A stretch of 32,000 nucleotides of DNA from Paracoccus suum (GTDB lineage Bacteria; Pseudomonadota; Alphaproteobacteria; Rhodobacterales; Rhodobacteraceae): positions 1,770,001 through 1,802,000 of the forward strand of contig NZ_CP030918.1 of assembly GCF_003324675.1 (NCBI RefSeq), read 5' to 3'. This document shows positions 14,277-27,757 of the stretch, one piece after another. The position numbers and the translations under genes are program-made. The notes under the pieces are model-generated. The model did no database searches and had not been told where the DNA came from. It saw only the letters and a program-made list of their open reading frames with translations. How positions within the stretch are numbered: the stretch's first letter is position 1; each line of letters opens with the position of its first letter.

Positions 14277-15932
14277 TCACCGCGTGAATTTCTTGTACTT
14301 CACCCGCTTCGGCTCGATCGAGTCCGGACCCAGGCGGCGCACCTTGTCGGCCTCGTAGGCCTCGAAGTTGCCCTCGAACCACTCGACATGCGCATCGCCC
14401 TCAAAGGCCAGGATATGCGTGCACAGACGGTCGAGGAAGAAGCGGTCGTGGCTGATGATCACGGCGCAGCCGGCGAAATCCTCCAGCGCGGCTTCCAGCG
14501 CCTGCAGGGTCTCGACGTCCAGATCGTTGGTCGGCTCGTCCAGCAGCAGGACGTTGCCGCCCTCTTTCAGCAGTTTGGCCATGTGGACGCGGTTGCGCTC
14601 GCCCCCCGACAGCAGGCCGACCTTTTTCTGCTGGTCGGTGCCCTTGAAGTTGAAGGCGCCGCAATAGGCGCGGCTGGCGATGGTCGCATCGCCGAGCTGG
14701 ATCAACTCGGCGCCGCCAGAGATTTCCTCCCATACGGTGGCCTCGGGGTTCAGCGCGTCGCGGGACTGGTCGACATAGGACAGCTGCACCGTCTCGCCGA
14801 GGGTAATGGTGCCTTCGTCGGGGGCCTCGCCGCCGGTGATCATCCGGAACAGGGTCGACTTGCCGGCGCCGTTCGGGCCGATGACGCCGATGATTGCCCC
14901 CGGCGGGACGGTCAGCGACAGGTCCTCGATCAGCAGCTTGTCGCCCATCGCCTTTTTCAGACCGGCGATCTCGATCACCTTGCCGCCCAGGCGCTCGCCG
15001 TTGGGGATGACGATCTGCGCGTTGCTGATCTTCTCGCGCTCGGACTTGCCGGCCATTTCGTTATAGGCGTTGATCCGGGCCTTCTGCTTGGCCTGACGGG
15101 CCTTGGCGCCCGCGCGGATCCAGTTAAGCTCGCGCTCAAGCTGCTTTTGCTTGGCCTTGTCCTCGCGCGCCTCTTGGGCTGCGCGCTTGGCCTTCTGCTC
15201 CAGCCAGGCGGAATAGTTGCCCTCGTAGGGGATGCCGCGGCCGCGATCCAACTCGAGGATCCACGAGGTGATGTCGTCGAGGAAATAGCGGTCGTGCGTC
15301 ACCGTCAGGATGGTGCCGGGATATTCGATCAGGTGCTTTTGCAGCCAGGCGATGGTCTCGGCGTCGAGGTGGTTGGTCGGCTCGTCCAGCAGCAGCATGT
15401 CCGGCGCCTCGAGCAGCAGCTTGCACAGCGCGACGCGGCGGCGCTCGCCGCCCGAGAGGCTCTCGACATCGGCATCGTCGGGCGGGCAGCGCAGGGCCTC
15501 CATCGCGACGTCAACCTGGGAATCGAGGTCCCACAGGTTCTGGGCGTCGATTTCGTCCTGCAAGGCCGCCATCTCGTCGGCGGTCTCGTCCGAATAGTTC
15601 ATCGCCAGCTCATTGTAACGGTCCAGCTTGGCCTGCTTGGCCTTGACGCCTTCCATGACGTTGCCCCGGACGTTCAGTGCCGGGTCCAACTGCGGCTCCT
15701 GCGGCAAGTAGCCCACGGTCGCGCCCTTGGCGGCCCAGGCCTCCCCGGAAAAATCCTTGTCGGTGCCGGCCATGATCCGCAGCAGCGAGGACTTGCCCGC
15801 CCCGTTCACGCCGACGACGCCGATCTTGACCCCCGGCAGGAAGTTCAGGTGGATGTTCTCGAAGACTTTCTTGCCGCCGGCATAGGCCTTCGAGACGCCA
15901 TCCATGTGGTAGACATACTGATACGAGGCCAT
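14277..15932 (-). CDS. ettA: Energy-dependent translational throttle protein EttA (ABC-F ATPase), 551 aa
   Basis: MASYQYVYHMDGVSKAYAGGKKVFENIHLNFLPGVKIGVVGVNGAGKSS... Two ABC cassettes and a typical EttA N-terminus and length. Confidence 0.95.
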   Translation of the reverse strand: MASYQYVYHMDGVSKAYAGGKKVFENIHLNFLPGVKIGVVGVNGAGKSSLLRIMAGTDKDFSGEAWAAKGATVGYLPQEPQLDPALNVRGNVMEGVKAKQAKLDRYNELAMNYSDETADEMAALQDEIDAQNLWDLDSQVDVAMEALRCPPDDADVESLSGGERRRVALCKLLLEAPDMLLLDEPTNHLDAETIAWLQKHLIEYPGTILTVTHDRYFLDDITSWILELDRGRGIPYEGNYSAWLEQKAKRAAQEAREDKAKQKQLERELNWIRAGAKARQAKQKARINAYNEMAGKSEREKISNAQIVIPNGERLGGKVIEIAGLKKAMGDKLLIEDLSLTVPPGAIIGVIGPNGAGKSTLFRMITGGEAPDEGTITLGETVQLSYVDQSRDALNPEATVWEEISGGAELIQLGDATIASRAYCGAFNFKGTDQQKKVGLLSGGERNRVHMAKLLKEGGNVLLLDEPTNDLDVETLQALEAALEDFAGCAVIISHDRFFLDRLCTHILAFEGDAHVEWFEGNFEAYEADKVRRLGPDSIEPKRVKYKKFTR

Positions 15933-16010
15933 CGCGAAGCTCCTGATCCCTAGGTTTGGCGGCTATGTAGGGGTTTGCAGGGCAAAGCGAAAGCGGTCAG
16001 CCGCATTGTC

Positions 16011-16460
16011 CTAGGCGTCGGGGCCGATCACGCCCTTGCGCAGGGTGATGCAACCGTAAAAACGGCGTTCGCCGGTCTGAATCACGGCATAGGCGCCGCG
16101 CGCGACGTCGTAGAAGGCGAAGCGCTCGATGCCGATCATGGGGCGGTGGCGGCCTTCGTGGCGGTCGATGACGGCCTGCACCTGTTCCTGCACCCGGGGG
16201 ATCTCGTCCGGCTGGTCAACGACCTGCATACGGCCTGCGAAATCATCGACAAACGTGTCCAGGGGCAGGACCGACAGCACCGCATCGGCCGCCTCGGGCA
16301 GGGTGCAGTCCATGCGCAGCAGGCTGCCGTGGACCGTCGATTGCGCCACCTGATCGGAGGGGAAATTCGCGTCGGCCAGCACCAGAAGGTCGCCATGGCC
16401 CATGGCGCGCAGCACGTACAGCACCTCGGCATTCAGGCGCGGATCGATTCCCTTCAGCAT
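16011..16460 (-). CDS. RbsD/FucU-family sugar mutarotase/pyranase-like protein, 149 aa
   Basis: MLKGIDPRLNAEVLYVLRAMGHGDLLVLADANFP... is characteristic of the RbsD/FucU transport protein family. Confidence 0.8.
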   Translation of the reverse strand: MLKGIDPRLNAEVLYVLRAMGHGDLLVLADANFPSDQVAQSTVHGSLLRMDCTLPEAADAVLSVLPLDTFVDDFAGRMQVVDQPDEIPRVQEQVQAVIDRHEGRHRPMIGIERFAFYDVARGAYAVIQTGERRFYGCITLRKGVIGPDA

Positions 16461-16590
16461 GTTGCGTTCCCTTGCTGGCGTGCTCCGGCTCAGGACTAGC
16501 CGCGTGCGACGCGGCTGTCATCATCGGCGATTGCACCGCCGGACAGGGGCGGCCCAAAAGGGATTGCGCCATCAGCGCGGACATTCAGCC

Positions 16591-16620
16591 AAGCAAAAGG
16601 GCGGACCTTTCGGCCCGCCC
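16591..16620 (-). terminator. Rho-independent terminator after the BMP-family transporter operon
   Basis: On the minus strand, a 9-bp GC-rich stem with one mismatch (16599-16607 / 16612-16620) and a 4-nt loop is followed by TTTTGCTT. It lies 22 nt after the stop at 16642. Confidence 0.7.
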
Positions 16621-16641
16621 CTTGTCTCGCGAAATCCCCGA

Positions 16642-17721
16642 TCAGCTCGGCAGCTGCGCGGTGATTCCCTCGACAAAGAAGTTCATGCCCGACAGTTCTT
16701 CGTCGGTCGCCTTCTGGCCATCGGCAAGCCAGTCGCTGCCGTCCTGCTTTTTCAGCGGGCCGGTGAAGGGGTGCAGCTCGCCCTTGGCAAGGGCGTCCTT
16801 GACCGCCTCGGCCTTGGCTTTCACGTCCGCCGGAACGGCATCGGTGATCTCGCCGATCTCGACCTCGCCGTCGCCGATGCCCAGCCAGACACCCTCGGAT
16901 TTCCACGTGCCATCCAGCACGGCCCCGACGCGGCGGGTATAATAGGGCGTCCAGTTATCGATGATCGAGCTGATGCGCGGCTTGGGCTTGAAGTTGGCCA
17001 TGTCGCTGGCCTGGCCAAAGCCGTAGACCCCGGCCTCCTGCGCCTTGGCGAGGGGGGCGGTGGAATCGGTGTGTTGCATGAACACGTCCACGCCCTCGGC
17101 GATCAGGGCGGCGGCGGCGTCGGCCTCCTTGGCGGGGTCGAACCAGCTGCTGACCCAGACGACCTTCATCTCGACCGACGGGTTCACCTTGCGCGCCGCG
17201 AGGAAGGCGCTGTTGATGCCCTGCACGACCTCGGGGATCGGGAAGCTGCCGATATAGCCGATCTTGTTCGACTTGGTCATCAGACCGGCGATGGTGCCGA
17301 TCACCGCGCGGCCCTCGTAGAAGCGGGCGTCATAGGTCGAGACGTTGTCGGCGCGCTTGTAGCCGGTCGCGTGCTCGAACTTCACGTCGGGGAATTTCTT
17401 GGCGACGTTGATGACCGCGTCCATGAAGCCGAAGCTGGTCGCGAAGATCAGCTTGTTGCCGGCCAGCGCCAGCTGGGTCAGCGCGCGCTCGGCATCGGCG
17501 CCCTCGGGGACGCTTTCGATGTAGGTGGTCTTGATCTTGTCGCCATAGGTCTTTTCGATAGCCTGCCGGGCGAGGTCGTGCTGGTAACTCCAGCCGCCAT
17601 CTCCGACCGGACCGACATAGATGAAGCCGACCTTCAGCGGCTCGATGGCCTGTGCCCGGACGGGCAGGGCGGCAAGGGTGGCGAGGCCGGCGGCCGAGGC
17701 GAGGAGGGTTCTGCGATCCAT
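16642..17721 (-). CDS. BMP-family (basic membrane protein / nucleoside-binding type) ABC transporter substrate-binding protein, 359 aa
   Basis: Start taken at ATG 17721 (MDRRTLLASAAGLATLAALPVRAQA, a Tat-like signal). The segment KVGFIYVGPVGDGGWSYQHD is typical of the BMP/PnrA-like family. Confidence 0.9.
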   Translation of the reverse strand: MDRRTLLASAAGLATLAALPVRAQAIEPLKVGFIYVGPVGDGGWSYQHDLARQAIEKTYGDKIKTTYIESVPEGADAERALTQLALAGNKLIFATSFGFMDAVINVAKKFPDVKFEHATGYKRADNVSTYDARFYEGRAVIGTIAGLMTKSNKIGYIGSFPIPEVVQGINSAFLAARKVNPSVEMKVVWVSSWFDPAKEADAAAALIAEGVDVFMQHTDSTAPLAKAQEAGVYGFGQASDMANFKPKPRISSIIDNWTPYYTRRVGAVLDGTWKSEGVWLGIGDGEVEIGEITDAVPADVKAKAEAVKDALAKGELHPFTGPLKKQDGSDWLADGQKATDEELSGMNFFVEGITAQLPS

Positions 17722-17753
17722 CAAAGGGCTCCCTGTCGTGATGCTTGTTGGTG

Positions 17754-18629
17754 TCAGCGGGTGGCGTGAAAGGTCTGGCCCAGCGATCCGGGGGCCGATC
17801 CGGCGCCGCTGCGGGAAAACTTTGCGCGGGCCGATATCAGCACGAGGGCGAGGATCGTGGCAAGATAAGGCGAGGCGGCCAGCAGTTGCGTCGGTACGGC
17901 GAACCCGGCGGCCTGGGCGCGCAGGTGCAGCACGGTGACGCCGCCGAAGAGCCAGGCCCCGGCCAGAACGCCCCAGGGCGACCAGCCGGCAAAGACGACG
18001 ATGGCGACCGCGATCCAGCCGGCGCCGGCGGTCATGCCCTCGGTCCACTGCAGCACGCGGGCGATCGAGATATAGGCCCCGCCGACGCCAGCCATCGCGC
18101 CGCCAAAGGCGATGGCAGCCAGCCGCAGCGCGCGCACCGGATAGCCGAGACCATGGGCGGCCTCGTGGTTTTCGCCGACCGCGCGCAGCACGAGGCCAGA
18201 TCGGCTGCGGTTAAGCCACCACCACAGCAGCGGCACCATCGCGAGGCCAGCCCAGATGACCCAGTCAAACCTCACCGGGGGCGCCTTGACCCCCTCGTAG
18301 GGGCGGCCGAACATCGCCGTCAGGCCAAGGCCGAACAGCGTCAGCGCGAGGCCGGTCGCGACCTGGTTGGTCAGCAGCCCCAGCGTCAGCACCGCAAAGA
18401 TCAGGGACAGGGCCGCGCCCGCCAGGGCTGCTGCGACAAAGCCGACCGTCGGGCTGCCGGTGGCGTGGGCGGCGGCAAACCCGGCCAGCGCGCCGGTGAT
18501 CATCATGCCTTCGACGCCAAGGTTCAGCACACCCGCACGCTCGACCACCATCTCGCCCAGTGCAGCGAACAGGATGGGGGTCGCGGCCGCGATGAGCAGA
18601 GCCAGCAGGGCCATCGGATCGGTGATCAT
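17754..18629 (-). CDS. ABC transporter permease (BMP-type system), 291 aa
   Basis: Start taken at ATG 18629 (MITDPMALLALLIAAATPILFAALGEMVVERAGVLNLGVEG...). ATGA overlap with the upstream permease stop. Confidence 0.9.
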   Translation of the reverse strand: MITDPMALLALLIAAATPILFAALGEMVVERAGVLNLGVEGMMITGALAGFAAAHATGSPTVGFVAAALAGAALSLIFAVLTLGLLTNQVATGLALTLFGLGLTAMFGRPYEGVKAPPVRFDWVIWAGLAMVPLLWWWLNRSRSGLVLRAVGENHEAAHGLGYPVRALRLAAIAFGGAMAGVGGAYISIARVLQWTEGMTAGAGWIAVAIVVFAGWSPWGVLAGAWLFGGVTVLHLRAQAAGFAVPTQLLAASPYLATILALVLISARAKFSRSGAGSAPGSLGQTFHATR

Positions 18630-19744
18630 GCGTGCGGCCTCCAGCGGATGCGAAACCGGGTCAGCAGGTCGAACCCCAGCAGAAAGAACAGCAGCATGCC
18701 CTGGAACACCTGCACGCTGGCGGCCGGCAGGTTCAGCGACATCTGCGCCAGCTCGCCGCCGATATAGGTGAGCGCGAGCAGGAGGCCTGCCAGCAGAATG
18801 CCAATGGGATGCAGCCGGCCGAGGAACGCGACGATGATGGCCGTAAAGCCGTAACCAGTGCCGAAGCTGTCGGTGATCTGGCCGGCGGGTCCGGCGACCT
18901 CGAAGAGGCCGGCCATCCCGGCGAGGGCGCCCGACAGGCCAAGGCACAGCGCGACCAGCCGGCCCGGCATCACCCCGGCAAACCGCGCCGCGCGCGGTGC
19001 CTCGCCGGCGACGCGGATGTGAAAGCCGATCAGGCTGCGCGACATCAGCACCCAGATTGCCAGCACGGCGATCAGCGCCGCGATCACGCCCCAGTGCAGC
19101 CCGGTGCCGGAGATCAGTTCGGGGTTCGACGCTGAGGGGTATTGCTGCAGGTTGCGCGAGCCGGGAAAGCCGAAGCCCTCGGGGTTTTTCATCGGCCCAA
19201 ATGCCATCCAGGCAGCGATTTTCTTGGCCACATAGACCAGCATCAGCGAGACGAGGATCTCGGACGCACCGAACCAGTTGCGCAGCAGGGCAGGGATCAT
19301 GCCCCAGGCCCAGCCGCCGACAGCGCCCGCCAGAACCATCGCCGGAAATATCCACCATGCCTCGGTCGGATAGGCGGCCAGCGCGACGGCCGCGCCGCAG
19401 ATCGCGCCGATGATGTACTGCCCCTCGGCGCCGATGTTCCAGATACCCGCGCGAAAGCCGACGGCGAGGCCGCAGGCGATAAGGATCAGCGGCCCCGCCT
19501 TGACCAGCAGCTGGGGGCGCGAATAGCCCGATGCCGGGCCGAACAGCGGGTCCCAGAAGATCGTGCGAATCGCGGCAACCGGGTCGAACCCCATCAGCGC
19601 GAACAGGATGCCACCGGCGATCATCGTCGCCAGCACCGCTATGATGGGCGTTGCCACCTGCCACAGCACCGAAGGCACGGCGCGCGGCTCGAGGCGGAAC
19701 ATGACGGGCCGGGTTGCTGTCGAAACGCTCATGATGCCGCGCAT
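18626..19744 (-). CDS. ABC transporter permease (BMP-type system), 372 aa (alternative start at 19732)
   Basis: Multi-pass hydrophobic protein with ...IFWDPLFGPASGYSRPQLLVKAGPLILIACGLAVGFRAGIWNIGAEGQ... The permease pair is typical of this transporter class. Confidence 0.9.
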   Translation of the reverse strand: MRGIMSVSTATRPVMFRLEPRAVPSVLWQVATPIIAVLATMIAGGILFALMGFDPVAAIRTIFWDPLFGPASGYSRPQLLVKAGPLILIACGLAVGFRAGIWNIGAEGQYIIGAICGAAVALAAYPTEAWWIFPAMVLAGAVGGWAWGMIPALLRNWFGASEILVSLMLVYVAKKIAAWMAFGPMKNPEGFGFPGSRNLQQYPSASNPELISGTGLHWGVIAALIAVLAIWVLMSRSLIGFHIRVAGEAPRAARFAGVMPGRLVALCLGLSGALAGMAGLFEVAGPAGQITDSFGTGYGFTAIIVAFLGRLHPIGILLAGLLLALTYIGGELAQMSLNLPAASVQVFQGMLLFFLLGFDLLTRFRIRWRPHA

Positions 19745-19786
19745 GCAGCAGGACCGACGGTTTGGGCAACAGGGAAACGCATGGCG

Positions 19787-21367
19787 TCAGGCGACATTCG
19801 CCACCTCCATGCCATGCGCGCCGCCCAGCATCAGGCCGATCCGCTCCAGCGTCAGGCCCTCGGTCTCGACCGCCGGGCTGAGGCGGCCGGCGTTCAGCGC
19901 CGCAAAGCGATCCGACAACTCCAGCAGCTCGTCCAGGTCCTGGCTGATGACGATGATCCCGGCGCCGCCTCGGGCGAGGTCCAGCAGCGCTTGCCGGATT
20001 GACGCGGCAGCGCCTGCATCGACGCCCCATGTCGGCTGGTTCACAACCAGGACCGTGGGCCGGCCCAGCACCTCGCGGCCGATGACGAATTTCTGCAGGT
20101 TGCCGCCCGACAGCGCGCGGGCTGCCGTGCGTGGGCCCGGCGTGCGCACGTCGAAACTGGCGATCACCCGCTCGGCATAGGCGGTGGCGGCGGCGCGATC
20201 GACCATTCCGTTCCGCGCCAGCTTTTGGCGGGTAGCGCCAGTCAACAAGGTGTTGTCTGCAAGGCTCATCCCCGGCACGGCCGCGTGGCCGAGGCGGTCT
20301 TCGGGCGCGGCGAGCAGCCCGGCGGAGCGGCGCGCCTCGGGGCCTGCGGCTGACAGGTCATGGCCCGATAGCACGACGGTTCCGCGCGGGCTGCGTATCT
20401 CGCCCGACAGGGCCGAGAGCAACTCCTGCTGGCCGTTGCCGGCAACGCCGCCGATGCCCAGCACCTCGCCCGCATGCAGGCTCAGCTCGATCTCGCGAAG
20501 CGTCGTCCCCTCTGCCGAGGGCGCGGGCGCGCTGAGGCCGGTGACGTTCAGGACCGCCGGGCCCCGGCTGCGGCCACTGCGGTCCACCGCGCGCAGCGTG
20601 CCGCCGACCATCAGCGAGGCCAGCTTGGCCGCCGTTGCCTCGCGCGGATCGACGCTGGCAACAACGCGCCCCTGGCGCAGGATCGTCGCGCGGTCGCAAT
20701 GGGCGCGGATCTCCTCCAGCTTGTGGCTGATATAGAGGATCGCAGTTCCATGCGCGGCCAGTTGGCGCAGGGTGGCGAACAGGATCTCGCCCTCCTGCGG
20801 GGTCAGCACGCTGGTCGGCTCGTCCATGATCAGCAGGCGCGGGTTCTGCAGCAGGCAGCGGATGATCTCGACCCGCTGGCGCTCGCCCGCGGAAAGGTGG
20901 GCGATGCGCCGGCGCGGGTTCAGCGGCAGGCCGTAAGCGGCGCTGACCTCGGCGATGCGGGCGGCCAGCGCGCCGCGCGGCGGCGGCGATTCCATCCCCA
21001 GGGCGACATTTTCCGCGACCGTCATGGCGTCGAACAGCGAGAAGTGCTGGAATACCATCGCGACCCCGGCGGACCGGGCGGCACGCGGATCGGCCGGGGC
21101 ATAGGGCGCCCCACCCAGCCACATCGCGCCGGCATCCGGCCGCACAAGGCCGTAGATCGTCTTGACCAGCGTCGATTTGCCGGCGCCGTTCTCGCCCAGC
21201 AGGGCGTGAATCTCGCCGGGGCGAACCGAAAAGCCGATATCGTCATTGGCCCGCACGCCGGGATAGGTCTTGCTCAGGCCCTCGGCCCGGAACACGGCTT
21301 CTGTCACGCGGATTGCCCCCTGCTTCCCGTGCGGCGACATTAGCCCGGCCAGCGGCTTTGCGTCCAT
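19787..21367 (-). CDS. ABC transporter ATP-binding protein with duplicated ATPase domains, 526 aa (alternative start 21340, 517 aa)
   Basis: GENGAGKSTL, LSAGERQRVEI, LIMDEPTSVL and a second cassette LSGGNLQKFVIGRE. The 1217-aa track ORF extends antisense into dnaE, so the start must lie before 21392. Confidence 0.85.
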   Translation of the reverse strand: MDAKPLAGLMSPHGKQGAIRVTEAVFRAEGLSKTYPGVRANDDIGFSVRPGEIHALLGENGAGKSTLVKTIYGLVRPDAGAMWLGGAPYAPADPRAARSAGVAMVFQHFSLFDAMTVAENVALGMESPPPRGALAARIAEVSAAYGLPLNPRRRIAHLSAGERQRVEIIRCLLQNPRLLIMDEPTSVLTPQEGEILFATLRQLAAHGTAILYISHKLEEIRAHCDRATILRQGRVVASVDPREATAAKLASLMVGGTLRAVDRSGRSRGPAVLNVTGLSAPAPSAEGTTLREIELSLHAGEVLGIGGVAGNGQQELLSALSGEIRSPRGTVVLSGHDLSAAGPEARRSAGLLAAPEDRLGHAAVPGMSLADNTLLTGATRQKLARNGMVDRAAATAYAERVIASFDVRTPGPRTAARALSGGNLQKFVIGREVLGRPTVLVVNQPTWGVDAGAAASIRQALLDLARGGAGIIVISQDLDELLELSDRFAALNAGRLSPAVETEGLTLERIGLMLGGAHGMEVANVA

Positions 21368-21391
21368 TGCGACGCGTCCCCCCGAGGCACT

Positions 21392-24300
21392 ATGTTTGCG
21401 GCCATGCCCGACAATCCCCGATTCATTCACCTGCGCTGCCATTCGGAGCATTCGTTGCTGGAGGGCGCGATCCCGGTCAAGAAACTGCCGGCGCTCGCCG
21501 CCGCCGCCGGCATGCCCGCCGTGGCGCTGACCGACAGCAACGCCCTGTTCGCCGCGCTCGAATTCTCGGTCACCGCGATCGACAAGGGGGTCCAGCCGAT
21601 CGTCGGCTGCCAGATGGTCCTGCAGGTGGGCGAGCATCTGGCGGCGGTGGTGCTGCTGGCGCAAAACCGGACCGGCTGGATGAACCTTATGGCCCTGTCC
21701 TCGTGCCTGTTCCTGCGCGAGGGCAGCCCGCTGCCCGCGCATGTGACCGAGGCGGAACTGGCCGCCCATGCCGAGGGGCTGATCTGCCTGACCGGCGGCG
21801 CGACCGGCCCCGCCGGCCGCATGGTTGCCGCCGGCCGGACGGCCGATGCGCGCGCGCACCTGGAGCGCCTGCACGCAGCGTTCGGCGACCGCGTCTACGT
21901 CGAGTTGCAGCGCCACCCGAATGCCAGCGGCGTTCTGACCGATCTGGAGGCAGCGTCCGAGGAGGGGCTGATCACGCTGGCCTATGATCTGGGCCTGCCG
22001 CTGGTCGCCACCAACGACGTGCATTTCCCCACGCCCGACCTTTACGAGGCGCATGACGCGCTGATCTGCATCGCCGACAAATGCTATGTCGATCAGCGCC
22101 AGCCGCGCCGCCGCCTGACGCCGGCGCATCATTTCAAATCCGCGGCCGAGATGGTGACGCTGTTCGCCGACCTGCCCGAGGCGGTCGACAATACGGTCGA
22201 GATCGCCCGCCGCTGCGCCTTTGCGGTCGAAAAGCACAAGCCGATCCTGCCGCGCTTTGCCGATGACGAGATCGAGGAGCTGCGCCGTCAGGCCCGCGCA
22301 GGCCTCGACGCGCGTCTTGCCGTCATTCCCCTCTCCGCGACGCCCGAGGAATACACCGCCCGCCTCGATTTCGAGCTGGGCATCATCGAGCAGATGGGCT
22401 TTCCCGGCTACTTCCTGATCGTGGCCGACTTCATCAAATGGGCCAAGGGGCAGGGCATCCCGGTCGGGCCGGGACGCGGCTCGGGCGCAGGCTCGCTGGT
22501 GGCCTACGCTCTTACCATCACCGACCTTGATCCCTTGCGCTACAACCTGCTGTTCGAGCGGTTCCTGAACCCCGAGCGGGTCTCGATGCCCGACTTCGAC
22601 ATCGATTTCTGCATGGATCGCCGCGAGGAGGTGATCCGCTATGTGCAGGGCAAGTATGGCCGCGACAAGGTCGGCCAGATCATCACCTTCGGCGCGCTGC
22701 TGTCCAAGGCGGCGGTGCGCGATGTCGGGCGCGTCCTGCAGATGCCCTATGGCCAGGTCGACCGCCTGTCCAAGATGATCCCCGTCGAGGGCGTCAAGCC
22801 GGTCAGCGTCACCAAGGCCATCGCCGACGAGCCGCGCCTGCGAGAGGAGCGCGACCGCGAGCCGCAGGTCCGCCGCCTGCTCGATTATGCCGCAAAGCTG
22901 GAGGGGCTTTATCGCAACGCCTCGACCCACGCGGCCGGGGTGGTGATCGGGGACCGGCCGCTGGACCGGCTGGTGCCCCTCTATCGCGACCCGGCATCGG
23001 ACATGCCGGCGACGCAGTTCAACATGAAGTGGGTCGAGGCCGCCGGGCTGGTCAAGTTCGACTTCCTCGGGCTCAAGACCCTGACCGTCATCCAGGGCGC
23101 GGTGGACCTGATCCGCCGCAGCGGCCGGCACCTGCACATTGCCCCCGATGGGCGCCACCTTTATGCGCCGCCGCCGGGCGCCGAGGATGACATCGGCGCC
23201 ATCCCGCTGGACGATGCCGCCAGCTACGATCTGTTCGCCTCGGCCCGCACGGTTGCGGTGTTCCAGGTGGAATCGCAGGGCATGATGGACGCGCTGCGCC
23301 GCATGCGCCCGACCTGCATCGAGGATATCGTCGCGCTCGTCGCCCTCTACCGTCCCGGCCCGATGGAGAACATCCCGGCCTATTGCGACGTCAAGAACGG
23401 CCGGCAGGAACTGGCCTCGATCCATCCCAGCATCGACCACATCCTGGCCGAGACGCAGGGCATCATCGTCTACCAGGAACAGGTGATGCAGATCGCCCAG
23501 GTCATGGGCGGCTATTCACTGGGCGGGGCCGATCTGCTGCGCCGGGCAATGGGCAAGAAGATCGCCGAAGAGATGGCGAAGGAGCGGCCCAAGTTCATCG
23601 ACGGCGCGACCGGGAATGGCGTCGATGCCAAGAAGGCAGGCGAGGTCTTTGACCTGCTGGAGAAATTCGCGAACTACGGCTTCAACAAATCGCATGCCGC
23701 GGCCTATGCGGTGGTCAGCTACCAGACCGCCTGGCTGAAGGCGAACCACCCGGTCGAGTTCATGGCCGCGGTGATGAACTGTGACATTCACCTGACGGAC
23801 AAGCTGGCGGTCTACCGGCGCGAGGTTGCCCGGATGGGGATCGAGATCGTGCCGCCCTGCGTCAACCGGTCCGAGGCGAATTTCAGCGTCGATGCCGGGC
23901 GCATCGTCTACGGCCTTGGCGCGCTGAAGGGCGTCGGGGCCGAGGCGATGGGGCTGATCGTCATCGCTCGCGACGGCCGCCCCTTTGCCGACCTGCACGA
24001 CTTTGCCCGCCGCGTGGACATGAAGCGGGTCGGCAAGCGCCCGCTCGAGACGCTGGCCCGCGCGGGGGCGTTCGACCTGCTCGACCCGGACCGGGCGCGG
24101 GTGCTGGCCAGCCTCGACGGGCTGGTGGCCTGGTCGGCGGCCGTGCAAGCGCAGGCCGGATCGAACCAGACCAGCCTCTTTGGCGCGGGCGAGGACCTGC
24201 CGCCGCCGCGCCCGGTGCGGACCGAGCCTTGGTTGCCGGCCGAGCGGCTGACGCAGGAACATGGCGCGGTGGGCTTCTATCTTTCCGGCCACCCGGTCGA

Positions 24301-24880
24301 CGACTGGCTGCCGATGCTGCGGCGCAAGAATGTCGTCACGCTGGCGGAACTGACGGCCGCGGCGGCCGATGGCCCGCAGGTGGCGCTGATCGCAGGGACG
24401 GTCTCGGCCCGGCAGGAAAAGAAGTCGGCGCGCGGCACGCGCTATGCCTTTGTGCACCTGTCCGATCCGACCGGGCTTTACGAGGTGACCATGTTCTCGG
24501 ACCTGCTGGATGCCGCGCGCCCGCACCTGGAGCCGGGATCGTGCATCGTGCTGCAGGTCCAGACCGAACCCTCGGGGGACCAGTTGAAGATGCTGGCGCG
24601 CACGGTTCAGCCGCTGGAGGCGGTTGTGGCCGATGCCGAGGCGGGCAGCCTCGCCGTGCGCGTGTCGGATGCGGGCGTCGCGGGGGATGTGGCAACGATG
24701 CTGGCCCGCATCGCCGCCGAGGTGCGCGCCGGTCCCCGGGCGCGCGGCCCGGTCCTGCTGCGCCTGCGCTGCGGCGAGGACGAGGTCGATATCGAGGTCG
24801 CGACCGACGCCCCCCTGACCCCGCCCGCCCGGCAGATGCTGCGGGCGGTGCCGGGGGTGCTGGAGGTGGTGGAAATCTGA
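21392..24880 (+). CDS. dnaE: DNA polymerase III alpha subunit, 1162 aa (alternative start 21404)
   Basis: PHP domain start [16 protein letters not shown]. The segment [17 protein letters not shown]...[23 protein letters not shown] is diagnostic for DnaE. Confidence 0.97.
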   Translation: MFAAMPDNPRFIHLRCHSEHSLLEGAIPVKKLPALAAAAGMPAVALTDSNALFAALEFSVTAIDKGVQPIVGCQMVLQVGEHLAAVVLLAQNRTGWMNLMALSSCLFLREGSPLPAHVTEAELAAHAEGLICLTGGATGPAGRMVAAGRTADARAHLERLHAAFGDRVYVELQRHPNASGVLTDLEAASEEGLITLAYDLGLPLVATNDVHFPTPDLYEAHDALICIADKCYVDQRQPRRRLTPAHHFKSAAEMVTLFADLPEAVDNTVEIARRCAFAVEKHKPILPRFADDEIEELRRQARAGLDARLAVIPLSATPEEYTARLDFELGIIEQMGFPGYFLIVADFIKWAKGQGIPVGPGRGSGAGSLVAYALTITDLDPLRYNLLFERFLNPERVSMPDFDIDFCMDRREEVIRYVQGKYGRDKVGQIITFGALLSKAAVRDVGRVLQMPYGQVDRLSKMIPVEGVKPVSVTKAIADEPRLREERDREPQVRRLLDYAAKLEGLYRNASTHAAGVVIGDRPLDRLVPLYRDPASDMPATQFNMKWVEAAGLVKFDFLGLKTLTVIQGAVDLIRRSGRHLHIAPDGRHLYAPPPGAEDDIGAIPLDDAASYDLFASARTVAVFQVESQGMMDALRRMRPTCIEDIVALVALYRPGPMENIPAYCDVKNGRQELASIHPSIDHILAETQGIIVYQEQVMQIAQVMGGYSLGGADLLRRAMGKKIAEEMAKERPKFIDGATGNGVDAKKAGEVFDLLEKFANYGFNKSHAAAYAVVSYQTAWLKANHPVEFMAAVMNCDIHLTDKLAVYRREVARMGIEIVPPCVNRSEANFSVDAGRIVYGLGALKGVGAEAMGLIVIARDGRPFADLHDFARRVDMKRVGKRPLETLARAGAFDLLDPDRARVLASLDGLVAWSAAVQAQAGSNQTSLFGAGEDLPPPRPVRTEPWLPAERLTQEHGAVGFYLSGHPVDDWLPMLRRKNVVTLAELTAAAADGPQVALIAGTVSARQEKKSARGTRYAFVHLSDPTGLYEVTMFSDLLDAARPHLEPGSCIVLQVQTEPSGDQLKMLARTVQPLEAVVADAEAGSLAVRVSDAGVAGDVATMLARIAAEVRAGPRARGPVLLRLRCGEDEVDIEVATDAPLTPPARQMLRAVPGVLEVVEI

Positions 24881-24997
24881 CGCGGGGGAGCGCGCGTGCT
24901 CCTGCCTGCTTAGGTGTTGGTAAGCCTTTGCGCGTCGCCCGGTTGCCAGCCAAATCGCTATCTGGCAGCCGGCGCCTCTCGCAGGCTGCAGATCAGA

Positions 24998-27652
<2,655 letters not shown>

Positions 27653-27757
27653 GGCGGGTGTCCGGTGTGGCAGGGGCTGCACCGCAGATAGTGGCAGGCG
27701 GCGGGCGGGTAAAGTGCAACGCGCGGCGGGCGTCCCCGCGCTGCACTGGCCCAGCGG

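Noticed and set aside
14388-15953. Very long ORFs antisense to real genes. Examples: 14388-15953(+), 9025-10956(-), 11080-12810(-), 25856-27580(+), 30583-31626(+), 7188-8738(+), 17745-18767(+), 23516-24526(-), 4239-5027(+), 1847-2818(+).
   Set aside because: Their translations are Arg/Ala/Gly/Pro-rich low-complexity strings with no recognisable motifs. They lie opposite ORFs with unmistakable conserved proteins. Stop codons are rare in high-GC DNA, so such shadow ORFs are expected.
18630-20030. Upstream part of the 758-aa track ORF 17754-20030(-).
   Set aside because: It overlaps the well-formed permease 18626-19744 in another frame and translates to Arg/Pro/Gly-rich junk. The real gene starts at MITDPMALL (18629) with an ATGA overlap.
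21368-23440. N-terminal ~690 aa of the 1217-aa track ORF 19787-23440(-).
   Set aside because: This part is antisense to dnaE and has no protein-like features. The ABC ATPase domain begins only near MDAKPL/MSPHGK (21367/21340).
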